Positions 49,083 to 57,827 are shown, counted from the stretch's first letter. The stretch is DNA of 64,000 nucleotides from Spirochaetales bacterium (GCA_027021365.1 JALUUM010000020.1:204726-268725); one strand, 5' to 3'. Made by a program: numbers and translations. The notes: generated from the sequence alone by a model not told the origin.

Positions 49083-49912
49083 TGAAGTGGAGAAACCGGG
49101 GGAAGCCCTTTGCAATAGTCGTTACAATTCTTCTTTTACTCTTTATTCTGTTTCCCTTTTTCGTAATGCTGTCCACGATGCTGAAATCTGGGCAGGATGT
49201 CTATACCTCTCCGCCTTTCTGGTTTCCTAAAAAGGTGATGTGGACCAATTTCATAAAGGTATGGACAGAGTATGACCTTTTGGGTTACTTCAACAGCAGT
49301 CTCATCATTGCGATAGGGGCTACGATTTTCAATACATTGCTCAGCGTACCTGCTGCTTATGCGGTATCGAGGTTGAGATTCCCCGGGAGAAAAACAATTC
49401 TATACATGTTTCTTGTGATACAGATGTTTTCACCTGTAATTGTGGTAATCTCCCTGTTCAAGATAATAGCCAGGATACACCTGCTGGACAGTTACTGGAG
49501 TCTCATTATTACCGATACTGTTTTTACACTTGCCTTCACCACATGGATGATGAATGGGTACTTCAAATCCATTCCCATAGAGATTGAGGAGGCAGCATTG
49601 ATTGATGGTTGTACACGGGTGCAGACAATAACAAAGATAATGCTTCCGATTGCAGTACCCGGACTCGTTACCACAATGATTTATACCTTCATATATGCCT
49701 GGAACGAGTTTCTCTTTGCCCTTTCTTTCATTCAGTCCAAACCAAAGATGCCTCTGACAATAGGTTTGTACAATTTTGTGGGGAGATGGTCGACACAGTG
49801 GCAGTATCTGACGATGTCTGCCTTCCTGGCACTTCTTCCCGTGCTGCTCCTCTTCTACGTGATAGAGAAGAGATTGGTAGCCGGCCTTGCAGGCGGTGCT
49901 GTGAAGGAATAG
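49082..49912 (+). CDS. Sugar ABC transporter permease (MalG/UgpE-like)
   Basis: EAA loop (EAALIDGCTRVQTITKIMLP). The start overlaps the upstream stop. Confidence 0.85.
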   Translation: MKWRNRGKPFAIVVTILLLLFILFPFFVMLSTMLKSGQDVYTSPPFWFPKKVMWTNFIKVWTEYDLLGYFNSSLIIAIGATIFNTLLSVPAAYAVSRLRFPGRKTILYMFLVIQMFSPVIVVISLFKIIARIHLLDSYWSLIITDTVFTLAFTTWMMNGYFKSIPIEIEEAALIDGCTRVQTITKIMLPIAVPGLVTTMIYTFIYAWNEFLFALSFIQSKPKMPLTIGLYNFVGRWSTQWQYLTMSAFLALLPVLLLFYVIEKRLVAGLAGGAVKE

Positions 49913-49991
49913 GTTGCAATATCTTTTCGCAACTCTCTAGATTTTTATTCAAACTCCCGATGCAAAATAGAAAATCATATGGAGAAAGATT

Positions 49992-50630
49992 ATGGTAGAT
50001 CAAATTGTCAATCTAGGTTATGCCCTGATGCTCGTTGCACAGGCTATCAGGAACATACTTGTACTTCGTGTAATACTTATACTTGCTCAGAGTACCTTTA
50101 TCACCTACGGAATGATTACCTCCAATATCAGTATGATAATCTGGAATACGATATTTATTCTTATAAATGTATATCAAAGTGTGATTCTCATAAAAGAGCG
50201 TAGTCCGGTGGTAATACCTGAAGAGGTAATTGACATATATGAAAAAGTATTTTCAGAAATGTCAAAAAGGGAGTTCATCTATTTCTGGCAGATAGGTAAA
50301 AGAGTTGATTTTGATGGAGAGCTCATTATAAAGGAGGGAGAACCTCAGGACAACCTCTTCCTTATTCTTAAAGGAGAAGCATTTGTCATGAGTAATAAGA
50401 AAGAAATTGCAACGTTGAAGCGGGGAGATTTTCTGGCAGAAATGAGTCTTCTTTCGGGAGAGCCTGCCTCTGCAGATGTCTTATGCAGGAATGAGTTGAC
50501 ATGTATTACATGGAGCAGAGAGAATCTTGATAATTTGAAGAAACTCAACTATAAGCTTTGGAGCAAGCTCCAGCATATTTTAAGCAAGGATCTTATCAGT
50601 AAGGTTAAAAGAACATCTTCAAAGCTGTAA
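49992..50630 (+). CDS. Three-TM membrane protein fused to a cyclic-nucleotide-binding (CAP-effector-like) domain
   Basis: Three N-terminal hydrophobic helices, then a cNMP-type beta-roll (LIIKEGEPQDNLFLILKGEA...GDFLAEMSLLSGEPASADV). Confidence 0.7.
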   Translation: MVDQIVNLGYALMLVAQAIRNILVLRVILILAQSTFITYGMITSNISMIIWNTIFILINVYQSVILIKERSPVVIPEEVIDIYEKVFSEMSKREFIYFWQIGKRVDFDGELIIKEGEPQDNLFLILKGEAFVMSNKKEIATLKRGDFLAEMSLLSGEPASADVLCRNELTCITWSRENLDNLKKLNYKLWSKLQHILSKDLISKVKRTSSKL

Positions 50631-50759
50631 TAATGCTAGTGCAGGCCTAGTACGGGTAATGTTGAATTGTAAACCTGTCTCTAATATGGTATAATTATTA
50701 ATATAGTTAAAAAAATTTTTATATCTAATCACTTTTAATCAATTTTAAGAGGGGGGAAA

Positions 50760-52157
50760 GTGACAATGGATATAAAAAGAACATGTCATTTCTTGCTTCT
50801 GTTCTTCGGAATAATTTTATTGAGTGGTTGTCCGCTAGTAGGTTCCCTGTTCAATGTCGAAAAATGCAAGGCTCCCCGGTTTCTGCCTGAACCGGGATTT
50901 TTCATGTTTCCGCAGGAAGTAACTTTAAAGAGTGATACCGAGGGTGCTGTAATTTATTATACGACTGATGGAAGTGAACCGAATGAAAATTCTAATATGT
51001 ACACTCAAAGTATTCTCGTTGATAAGTCAACGGTAATTAAAGCGATAGCGGTTAAAAAAGATTATTCACCGAGTGATGTTTCTGTGGGAGAGTATAACAT
51101 ATACAGGGTCAATATCGAAGAAGCCTCTTCCGTGTTTGGTTATGATGAACTATCCCTGGCGGTAGCCACGGATGATACTCTACACATTCTCTGTTCCTAT
51201 AAGGATTCATCATATCGTTACCTGCACTATGTAACCAACGAGGGTGGCACATACTCTGATTCACAACTTACCAGTGTACAAGATACCGGTTACATGTATC
51301 CTTCCCTGGCAATGGATACTGTCGGTAATCTATTCGGATGTTTCTACGACAGGGTAGCTGACGGAATAAATTATTTTAAAAAACAACCCGGGGGCAGTTG
51401 GCCTGCTGATTATAACTCTTATATTGCAACAGGATTTATCGATGTCACAGGTACCGATATTTCTGTAGATGGAGAGGGTAATATTCATGTGATTTTTACG
51501 GATCATGATGTATCGGGGAATTATAATGTGTGGTACTACAAAAACACGGGGGGTAGTTGGGATAGTGGCCTCAATTTGTCAACTACAGATCCATTGAATC
51601 AACTGACCTTCGGATGGGATGGAAATTCATTATCGACTGATATTAATGGTGCGGTCCATATATTCGGGGTAAGTGAATACCCGTACTCGTACCTTATTTA
51701 TGTGACGAACAAGAGCGGCTCATGGTCGTACGATCTCTTGAACAATTCAGGGGGATTTGTTGGCTATTACGATATTGCCACGGATATTGATTCCTTTCCC
51801 CATATATCGTATTCAACGGATGGTAACTATGCTCTCAATTATATAGGTTACGATACAGCAAGCAACAGTTTGAAATTACAGGTGGTAGATGCTGGGAGTT
51901 CCGGGGGCAATGGTTATTACAATTCAATCGTAGTTGATGATTCAGGTTTCGTTCATATCTCTTGTACTACGGGGGGCTACGGGGGAATTAAGTATGTAAC
52001 AAATATAAGTGGTGAGTGGAAAACTTACGTGATAGACAGTGATAGCACAATCAGTGCGACAGCAATAGGATTAATTGGCGGCAAATATCCTGTAATTGTT
52101 TATTCTGTAAATGGATACAACAATAACAAGATAAAAGTCGCTAGGATTACCTGGTAA
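50760..52157 (+). CDS. Lipoprotein with a chitobiase/FN3-associated-like N-terminal domain and repeated propeller-like blades
   Basis: Lipobox LLSGC and the motif GAVIYYTTDGSEP. Five or more recurrences of Y(V/K)(T/K)N..G.W spaced about 45-55 aa apart. Confidence 0.65.
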   Translation: MTMDIKRTCHFLLLFFGIILLSGCPLVGSLFNVEKCKAPRFLPEPGFFMFPQEVTLKSDTEGAVIYYTTDGSEPNENSNMYTQSILVDKSTVIKAIAVKKDYSPSDVSVGEYNIYRVNIEEASSVFGYDELSLAVATDDTLHILCSYKDSSYRYLHYVTNEGGTYSDSQLTSVQDTGYMYPSLAMDTVGNLFGCFYDRVADGINYFKKQPGGSWPADYNSYIATGFIDVTGTDISVDGEGNIHVIFTDHDVSGNYNVWYYKNTGGSWDSGLNLSTTDPLNQLTFGWDGNSLSTDINGAVHIFGVSEYPYSYLIYVTNKSGSWSYDLLNNSGGFVGYYDIATDIDSFPHISYSTDGNYALNYIGYDTASNSLKLQVVDAGSSGGNGYYNSIVVDDSGFVHISCTTGGYGGIKYVTNISGEWKTYVIDSDSTISATAIGLIGGKYPVIVYSVNGYNNNKIKVARITW

Positions 52158-52199
52158 ATCCGGTAGTATGCTTTAGAGATTACTGATACAGAAAGAAGC

Positions 52200-52469
52200 C
52201 TATCTACTACTTATTGCGTCTAATATACCGAGTTCAGTAAATATTTTCTTGAGGTATATTTTTATGTGTTTTGAAGTGGCAAGATCCTTTTTGATCATTA
52301 TTTCTTTCAGAAGCTGAGAGTTGATCCAGATGACCAGATTGCATCCAGTGTGATCTTCCAATGCCCTGATATCAAAAATATCTATCTTAATCCCAAGTTC
52401 ATAGGATAAATCTCTAACAGCCTGTGCAATGTTGGCAATCATAATATCGAGATTGTCAGATTGACTCAT
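52200..52469 (-). CDS. Hypothetical 89-aa protein
   Basis: Good SD (GGAGG, 9 nt upstream of the ATG). No family recognised. Confidence 0.5.
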   Translation of the reverse strand: MSQSDNLDIMIANIAQAVRDLSYELGIKIDIFDIRALEDHTGCNLVIWINSQLLKEIMIKKDLATSKHIKIYLKKIFTELGILDAISSR

Positions 52470-52652
52470 TTCAATATACCTCCAAAGGTTTGAATTGTTT
52501 TGATTACTACTTTTTACCTGGAAGAGAAGTATTGCAGGCCAATAGTATTAAATTACGGATCAGTAAGGTTGGGCTGCATATGTAGTGATAGTATCATAAA
52601 GATAACTATGAAGGCAATAGTAAGTTTAATTTTATATTTTATATCGTATGTT

Positions 52653-52726
52653 TGGGCAATGGGGGATTCGAACCCCCGACCTCTGGCTCCGGAGGCCAAC
52701 GCTCTATCCAGCTGAGCTAATTGCCC
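52653..52726 (-). tRNA. tRNA-Arg (anticodon CCG), 74 nt, CCA not encoded
   Basis: The cloverleaf folds by hand: acceptor GGGCAAT/ATTGCCC, D stem GCTC/GAGC, anticodon stem TTGGC/GCCAG with loop CTCCGGA, T arm GGGGG-TTCGAAT-CCCCC. Confidence 0.93.
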
Positions 52727-52792
52727 GTAAAGTATAATAAGTAAAGTATATAAGTAAAATATATACGTAAAGTATATAAGTCTATAAGAAAC
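52727..52792. repeat. Tandem array of about five 13/14-bp AT-rich units (GTAAAGTATATAA consensus) abutting the 5' end of tRNA-Arg
   Basis: Units at 52727-40, 52741-53, 52754-66 and 52767-79, plus a degenerate unit at 52780-92. Confidence 0.85.
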
Positions 52793-52846
52793 TTGATACC
52801 ATTAGATTAAATGGAGTTTTTCCTTGTGTCAATCACTGAAATCCCC

Positions 52847-52874
52847 TTGACATATGCAGTTAAATTCTTATAAT
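52847..52874 (+). promoter_or_regulatory. Consensus sigma70 promoter (TTGACA-16-TATAAT), 14 nt before ATG 52889, no SD
   Basis: -35 at 52847-52852 and -10 at 52869-52874. Confidence 0.55.
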
Positions 52875-52888
52875 GCAGCAACATCCCA

Positions 52889-53125
52889 ATGAAACTTAAA
52901 AAGAATAATAGCGGATACCTTTTTTATTTACTACTGGTCTGCTTTATCATAGGCAGTCTGGCGTGGGATATATTTGGAAAGATTATGTTAAAGGCAGGCA
53001 TTGATCTGTCACTGACTACACCTCCGATTGGTATAGATCTGGATGTCTTGAAATTAATGGTAAGGGTAAATCCGGGATCTTTCATAGGATTGGTGGCTGG
53101 AATAATTATTTTCAGGGGAATATGA
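52889..53125 (+). CDS. Small 2-TM membrane protein, DUF4321-like
   Basis: 78 aa. The pattern LLL..IIGSL....G......IDL..L.L.......S.IG...GIIIFR resembles DUF4321. Abuts maf. Confidence 0.55.
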   Translation: MKLKKNNSGYLFYLLLVCFIIGSLAWDIFGKIMLKAGIDLSLTTPPIGIDLDVLKLMVRVNPGSFIGLVAGIIIFRGI

Positions 53126-53710
53126 ATGGAAACAATAATACTTGCATCGGGATCACCGCGAAGACAGGAATTACTATCAAAGGCAAGGATACCATTTCGT
53201 GTAATTCCACCTAACATCGATGAATCCTACGGGGATGAGGAAGACGTAGTCGGGATTGTCAGGAGGCTGTCAGAGAAAAAGGTGAATACTATTATTTCAC
53301 TCTTCAAGAATGAGTCGCCAAGATGGATTCTCGGTGTGGACACCCTTGTTGACCTTGACGGAGAGATTATTGGTAAACCCAGGACAATTGAAGAGGCAAA
53401 GGATACTATCCGTGCATTGTCAGGAAAGAAACACCGTGTTCTTTCAGGCATTTCACTTCTGCCCTCAAAAAATGAGAGAATGATTACAAAGGTGGCGGTT
53501 ACCGAGGTAAAGTTCATAAAGATGTCCGATGACGAAATTAATTATTATATTAACACGGGTGAATGGTCCGGTGTTGCAGGTGGATACAGGATACAGGGAA
53601 TAGGAAGTTTCTTCATAGAGTGGATAAAAGGTTCATATAGCAACGTTATGGGCTTGCCTATGGAGACTTTTTATGGCATTTTAAGAGAAAGTAATTACAG
53701 TTTAGAGTAA
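53126..53710 (+). CDS. maf: Maf-like nucleoside triphosphate pyrophosphatase (septum formation protein Maf)
   Basis: ILASGSPRRQELL, the D...VD motif region, and GGYRIQG. Confidence 0.88.
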   Translation: METIILASGSPRRQELLSKARIPFRVIPPNIDESYGDEEDVVGIVRRLSEKKVNTIISLFKNESPRWILGVDTLVDLDGEIIGKPRTIEEAKDTIRALSGKKHRVLSGISLLPSKNERMITKVAVTEVKFIKMSDDEINYYINTGEWSGVAGGYRIQGIGSFFIEWIKGSYSNVMGLPMETFYGILRESNYSLE

Positions 53711-53795
53711 TTCTAAAAACAATAATTTTCCGGCATTACAGTTACCAGTGTAGTTGTGATGTACGAGACATAGAGAAGGATTTAGGAGGAGTAAT

Positions 53796-54815
53796 GTGGC
53801 AGTAGTAACAATGAAAAGTTTACTTGAGTCTGGTGTGCATTTCGGTCACCAGACTAAACGGTGGGATCCCAGGATGAAAAAATACATCTTCGCCGAAAGA
53901 AACGGGATCCATATCATAGATCTTCAAAAAACGATAGTAGCTATTAAAGAAGCGTACGAAGTTGTACGCAAGACTGTTCTCGATGGTAAATCGGTCTTAT
54001 TTGTAGGCACCAAAAAGCAGGCTCAGCAGGCGGTGGAGCGAGAGGCCAAGCGATGCGGCATGTACTATGTGAATAACAGATGGCTTGGCGGTATGCTTAC
54101 AAATTTCTCTACCATCAAAAAGTCCCTGTTAAGATTGAAAAAGCTCGAAAAGATGGAAGTTGACGGGACCTTTGAAGGATTGACCAAGAAAGAGAGAGCC
54201 AGGTTACAGAAAGAAAAGGCAAGGCTCGAAAGAAATCTTGGCGGCATAAAAGAAATGAAGGAACTTCCCGGTATCATCTTTATTATCGACACTAGAAAGG
54301 AGGCAATCGCCGTTGCAGAGGCTAAGCGGGTTGGAATTCCCATAGTAGCTGTGGTGGATACGAATTGTAATCCTGAAGGTATAGATTATCCGATCCCCGG
54401 AAACGACGATGCCATAAGGGCTATTAATCTCTTTACTCAGATAATAGCCAATGCTGTTATAGATGCTGAAAACGAAGTGGGACTTGAAGTCATTGAAACA
54501 CTCCATGAGGAAGTTGGAGAGGAAGATTTTGCCGAAGTCATCGACAAGGGTGAATATATCGACGATGAAATCCTGAAAGAGAAGAAGGAAGCGGAGGAAG
54601 AAGCAGAGGAAGAGGATAAGGTCTCTGTCGGTGCCAAGGTTGGCCAAACAGACGGGGAAGAGGAAAAAGAGAGAGAGGACACAGAAAGATTTACCGAAGA
54701 GGATTATTCGGATTATACTCCCGAGGAAGAAGAAAAAAAGGAAGAGGAGAAAATGGAAGAAGAGACCATTGTTGATGAGCACAACATAGATGAAGATAAA
54801 TTATATGAAGAATAG
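53796..54815 (+). CDS. rpsB: 30S ribosomal protein S2 with a ~95-aa acidic C-terminal extension
   Basis: [19 protein letters not shown] and the conserved S2 core. GTG start 6 nt after SD AGGAGG. Confidence 0.93.
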   Translation: MAVVTMKSLLESGVHFGHQTKRWDPRMKKYIFAERNGIHIIDLQKTIVAIKEAYEVVRKTVLDGKSVLFVGTKKQAQQAVEREAKRCGMYYVNNRWLGGMLTNFSTIKKSLLRLKKLEKMEVDGTFEGLTKKERARLQKEKARLERNLGGIKEMKELPGIIFIIDTRKEAIAVAEAKRVGIPIVAVVDTNCNPEGIDYPIPGNDDAIRAINLFTQIIANAVIDAENEVGLEVIETLHEEVGEEDFAEVIDKGEYIDDEILKEKKEAEEEAEEEDKVSVGAKVGQTDGEEEKEREDTERFTEEDYSDYTPEEEEKKEEEKMEEETIVDEHNIDEDKLYEE

Positions 54816-54827
54816 GAGATGTGAAAA

Positions 54828-55679
54828 GTGGAAATAAAAGCTTTAGATGTAAAGAAATTGCGGGAAAAAACGGGTGCAGGCATGATGGACTGCAAAAAGG
54901 CACTTCTCGAGGCAGAAGGCGACTTTAAGAAAGCGGAGAAGATCTTAAAAGAACTTGGTTTGGCTGCTGCTGCCAAGAGAGGCGGAAGGGCTACAAAAGA
55001 AGGCCAGATATTTTCGGTCATAAAGGATGGAAAGGGAGTGCTCCTTGAACTCTCATGTGAGACAGACTTCGTAGCCAAAAACAAGGAGTTTGTAAGGCTT
55101 GGTGAGGAGTTATCAAACCTGATTCTCGAAAAAGAGAATATAGGGAAAGAATCACCTGAAATCGATGAAAAGATCAAAGAGGCAATCGGAAGAATCAAAG
55201 AAAACATAGAACTCAAACGTTTCAAAAGGCTTAAAGCAGACGAAAAGCAGTTTCTGGTAAACTACATCCACAGGGCGGGTGATATAGGCAAGATAGGAGT
55301 TCTTTTGTTGTTCGAAGTAGAAGATCCTTCGCTGAAGGATAATCCGCGATTGAAAGAGGTGGCTTTTGACATGGCGCTTCATACTGCAGCCTATGCTCCA
55401 CTGTTCCTTTCGCGAGACAAGGTCAACCCCGATTACCTCAAGGAGCAGGAGGAAATATTCCTCAAACAGGCTCAAAATCTGGGGAAGCCTGAAAAGGTTC
55501 TTCAGGGTATTGTAAAGGGTAAGATCAATAAACACTTAAGCGAAATATGCCTGATGGATCAGATGTTTGTAAAAGATCAGAAATTGAAAGTTTCACAGGT
55601 GCTGGAAAATCTGGGGAAGGAGTTAAATAGCAGGGTAAACATTGCGGATTTCCTGTATTTCAGGCTGGGTGAAGAATAA
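54828..55679 (+). CDS. tsf: Elongation factor Ts
   Basis: UBA-like N-terminus (VKKLREKTGAGMMDCKKAL) and ETDFVAKN. GTG start. Confidence 0.92.
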   Translation: MEIKALDVKKLREKTGAGMMDCKKALLEAEGDFKKAEKILKELGLAAAAKRGGRATKEGQIFSVIKDGKGVLLELSCETDFVAKNKEFVRLGEELSNLILEKENIGKESPEIDEKIKEAIGRIKENIELKRFKRLKADEKQFLVNYIHRAGDIGKIGVLLLFEVEDPSLKDNPRLKEVAFDMALHTAAYAPLFLSRDKVNPDYLKEQEEIFLKQAQNLGKPEKVLQGIVKGKINKHLSEICLMDQMFVKDQKLKVSQVLENLGKELNSRVNIADFLYFRLGEE

Positions 55680-55690
55680 AAGGAGGTATC

Positions 55691-56251
55691 ATGGCAGAGA
55701 AAGAAGTAATAAAGAATGCCGAGGTCAAAATGAAAAAGACTGTGGCAGCGTTGAAAAACGAGTTTCAAACGGTGAGAACGGGTAGGGCTTCTGCTGCACT
55801 CTTTGAAAAGATCAGAGTTGATTACTACGGGGAGCAGGTTCCGTTGAATCAGCTTGCAACGATATCAGTCCCTGAAGCAAGGCTTGTAATCATTCAACCA
55901 TGGGACCGTTCATCGTTGCAGGAGATAGAAAAAGCCATACAGAAATCGGAATTATCCGTGAACCCTAATAATGACGGAAAGGTGATAAGAATCAATATCC
56001 CACCCCTCACCGAGGAGAGAAGAAAAGAGCTAGTTAAGTTGGCAAAACATATGGCAGAGCAGAGTAGAGTTTCCGTTCGTAATATCAGGCGTGATGCCAA
56101 TGAAGAGCTGAAAAACCTGAAGAAGGAAAGCACCATAAGTGAGGACGATGAAAAACGGGCACACGATGAGATTCAAAAACTTACCGACAAGTACATAGAC
56201 GAGATAAATTCTCTCCTTGAAGAAAAAGAAAAAGAAATAATGGAAATCTAA
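55691..56251 (+). CDS. frr: Ribosome recycling factor
   Basis: Typical 186-aa RRF (FQTVRTGRAS, VRNIRRDAN). Confidence 0.92.
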   Translation: MAEKEVIKNAEVKMKKTVAALKNEFQTVRTGRASAALFEKIRVDYYGEQVPLNQLATISVPEARLVIIQPWDRSSLQEIEKAIQKSELSVNPNNDGKVIRINIPPLTEERRKELVKLAKHMAEQSRVSVRNIRRDANEELKNLKKESTISEDDEKRAHDEIQKLTDKYIDEINSLLEEKEKEIMEI

Positions 56252-56979
56252 TGGCTCTCTCGGATAAGGAAAATAATTCTCTCGATACAGAAAGGCTCCC
56301 CGTCCATGTAGGAATCATCATGGACGGGAATGGCCGTTGGGCAAAAAAAAGAGGGAAATCCAGAACCGAGGGGCATCTGGAGGGGGTAAAGACGGCCAAG
56401 AAGATAGTAAAGGCTGCAGCAGACTTTGGCATAAAATACCTGTCGCTCTATGTTTTTTCGACAGAGAATTGGAAGCGCGCTCAGAATGAAGTTGCATTTC
56501 TGATGTCTCTGATACAGCGCTACCTGAAGAGAGAGTACGATTTTTACAGGGAAAATCATATAAGGGTCGTCCACAGCGGAAGGTATGAAGGTATGTCGGA
56601 TGAAATCGTTAAGGACATAGAAAAAGTGATAAAAGATACATCGGAATTCAACGGACTCACAGTGAACCTCGCTATCAACTACGGGGGAAGAGACGAGATA
56701 GCAAGAGCAGTAAAAAAGATATGCTCTGAAGGTTGTGACGAAGAGAAAATCTCCCTGGAAACTATCAATAATCATATGGACCACCCTGAAATACCTGATC
56801 CCGATCTTATAATAAGGACGGGAGGGGAAAAGCGCCTTAGTAATTTTCTGCTCTGGCAAGCTGCCTATGCGGAACTCTACTTCAGTTCCAAGTTGTGGCC
56901 AGACTGGACGAGACATGATTTCCTGAAGGCTCTGCTGGACTACCAGAGCAGAGAGAGAAGATTCGGAGATGCCAGATGA
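56251..56979 (+). CDS. uppS: Undecaprenyl (isoprenyl) diphosphate synthase
   Basis: HVGIIMDGNGRWA, FSTENW.R, RTGGE.RLSNFLLWQ. Confidence 0.92.
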   Translation: MALSDKENNSLDTERLPVHVGIIMDGNGRWAKKRGKSRTEGHLEGVKTAKKIVKAAADFGIKYLSLYVFSTENWKRAQNEVAFLMSLIQRYLKREYDFYRENHIRVVHSGRYEGMSDEIVKDIEKVIKDTSEFNGLTVNLAINYGGRDEIARAVKKICSEGCDEEKISLETINNHMDHPEIPDPDLIIRTGGEKRLSNFLLWQAAYAELYFSSKLWPDWTRHDFLKALLDYQSRERRFGDAR

Positions 56980-57827
56980 AGGGTCTTATCGTTCGGACGA
57001 TGCTGATTGTCGTAGCCTTTCCTCTTTTCTATGTTCTCATATTTCTTCTGCCCTATGGTAACCATCTGACCTTGAATCTCGTGGCTGTACTGGCCTCTTT
57101 CGTTGGCAGCTATGAAATATACTCTATGATTCAGAAAAAGAGGGGGCTCTTCTCCTTTCCCCTGCTACCCATTCTGGCGGCAAGTATCAGTGTTGTTGCC
57201 ATTCTTGAAGTGTCGGGGATCTTGCTTCCGGGTGCCATTGCTTTTCTAATTGTATCTCTTCTATCATTGATCATGCTGGTTGAACTTTTTGTCTCGGCCA
57301 AAGAGGGATTGGAGCATTTCATAGACAAGGTGTCATATTCTCTGTTGATTCTTCTTTACCCTTCACTTTTCATTACATACATTATAAGAATATCGAGATT
57401 TGAAGAATCATCCATGCTCTTACTCTTTTTTTTCAGTCTGGCATTCAGCAATGATATCCTTGCATATCTTGCCGGGAAGCTTTTCGGGCATCAGTCCAGA
57501 ATGAACCTAGCTGTAAGTCCCAAGAAATCATTGGCAGGTTTCATAGCAGGTTTTTCGGCATCACTCGTTACCACGGTAGTATTCTACTTTTTGGTACCGT
57601 CTCTTTTTCCCGTTTCATTTTATACTATATTGATATTTGGCAGCCTTTTCGGCTTCCTCGTAATTCTCGGAGACCTTGTTGAATCGGCGTTGAAGCGTTC
57701 AGCTTTAATAAAGGATTCCGGAGAGATAATACCTGGAAGGGGTGGTCTACTCGATTCGATAGATTCTCTCTTGCTCATAGCTCCTTTGTTCTTTTATTTT
57801 TTTGATAAGGTCATCAAATTGAAATGA
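56976..57827 (+). CDS. cdsA: Phosphatidate cytidylyltransferase
   Basis: Polytopic membrane protein with the C-terminal CTP_transf_1 signature (SALKRS..IKDSG..IPGRGGLLDSIDS). Confidence 0.88.
   Translation: MKGLIVRTMLIVVAFPLFYVLIFLLPYGNHLTLNLVAVLASFVGSYEIYSMIQKKRGLFSFPLLPILAASISVVAILEVSGILLPGAIAFLIVSLLSLIMLVELFVSAKEGLEHFIDKVSYSLLILLYPSLFITYIIRISRFEESSMLLLFFFSLAFSNDILAYLAGKLFGHQSRMNLAVSPKKSLAGFIAGFSASLVTTVVFYFLVPSLFPVSFYTILIFGSLFGFLVILGDLVESALKRSALIKDSGEIIPGRGGLLDSIDSLLLIAPLFFYFFDKVIKLK

Noticed and set aside
52500-52715. 71-aa plus-strand ORF
   Set aside because: Its 3' part is the reverse complement of the tRNA-Arg gene, so it is an artefact.
54204-55225. Minus-strand ORFs of 192, 81 and 170 aa over the rpsB tail and tsf
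   Set aside because: This is the antisense of GAA/GAG-rich coding sequence and gives Phe/Ser/Leu-rich pseudo-proteins with no start context.
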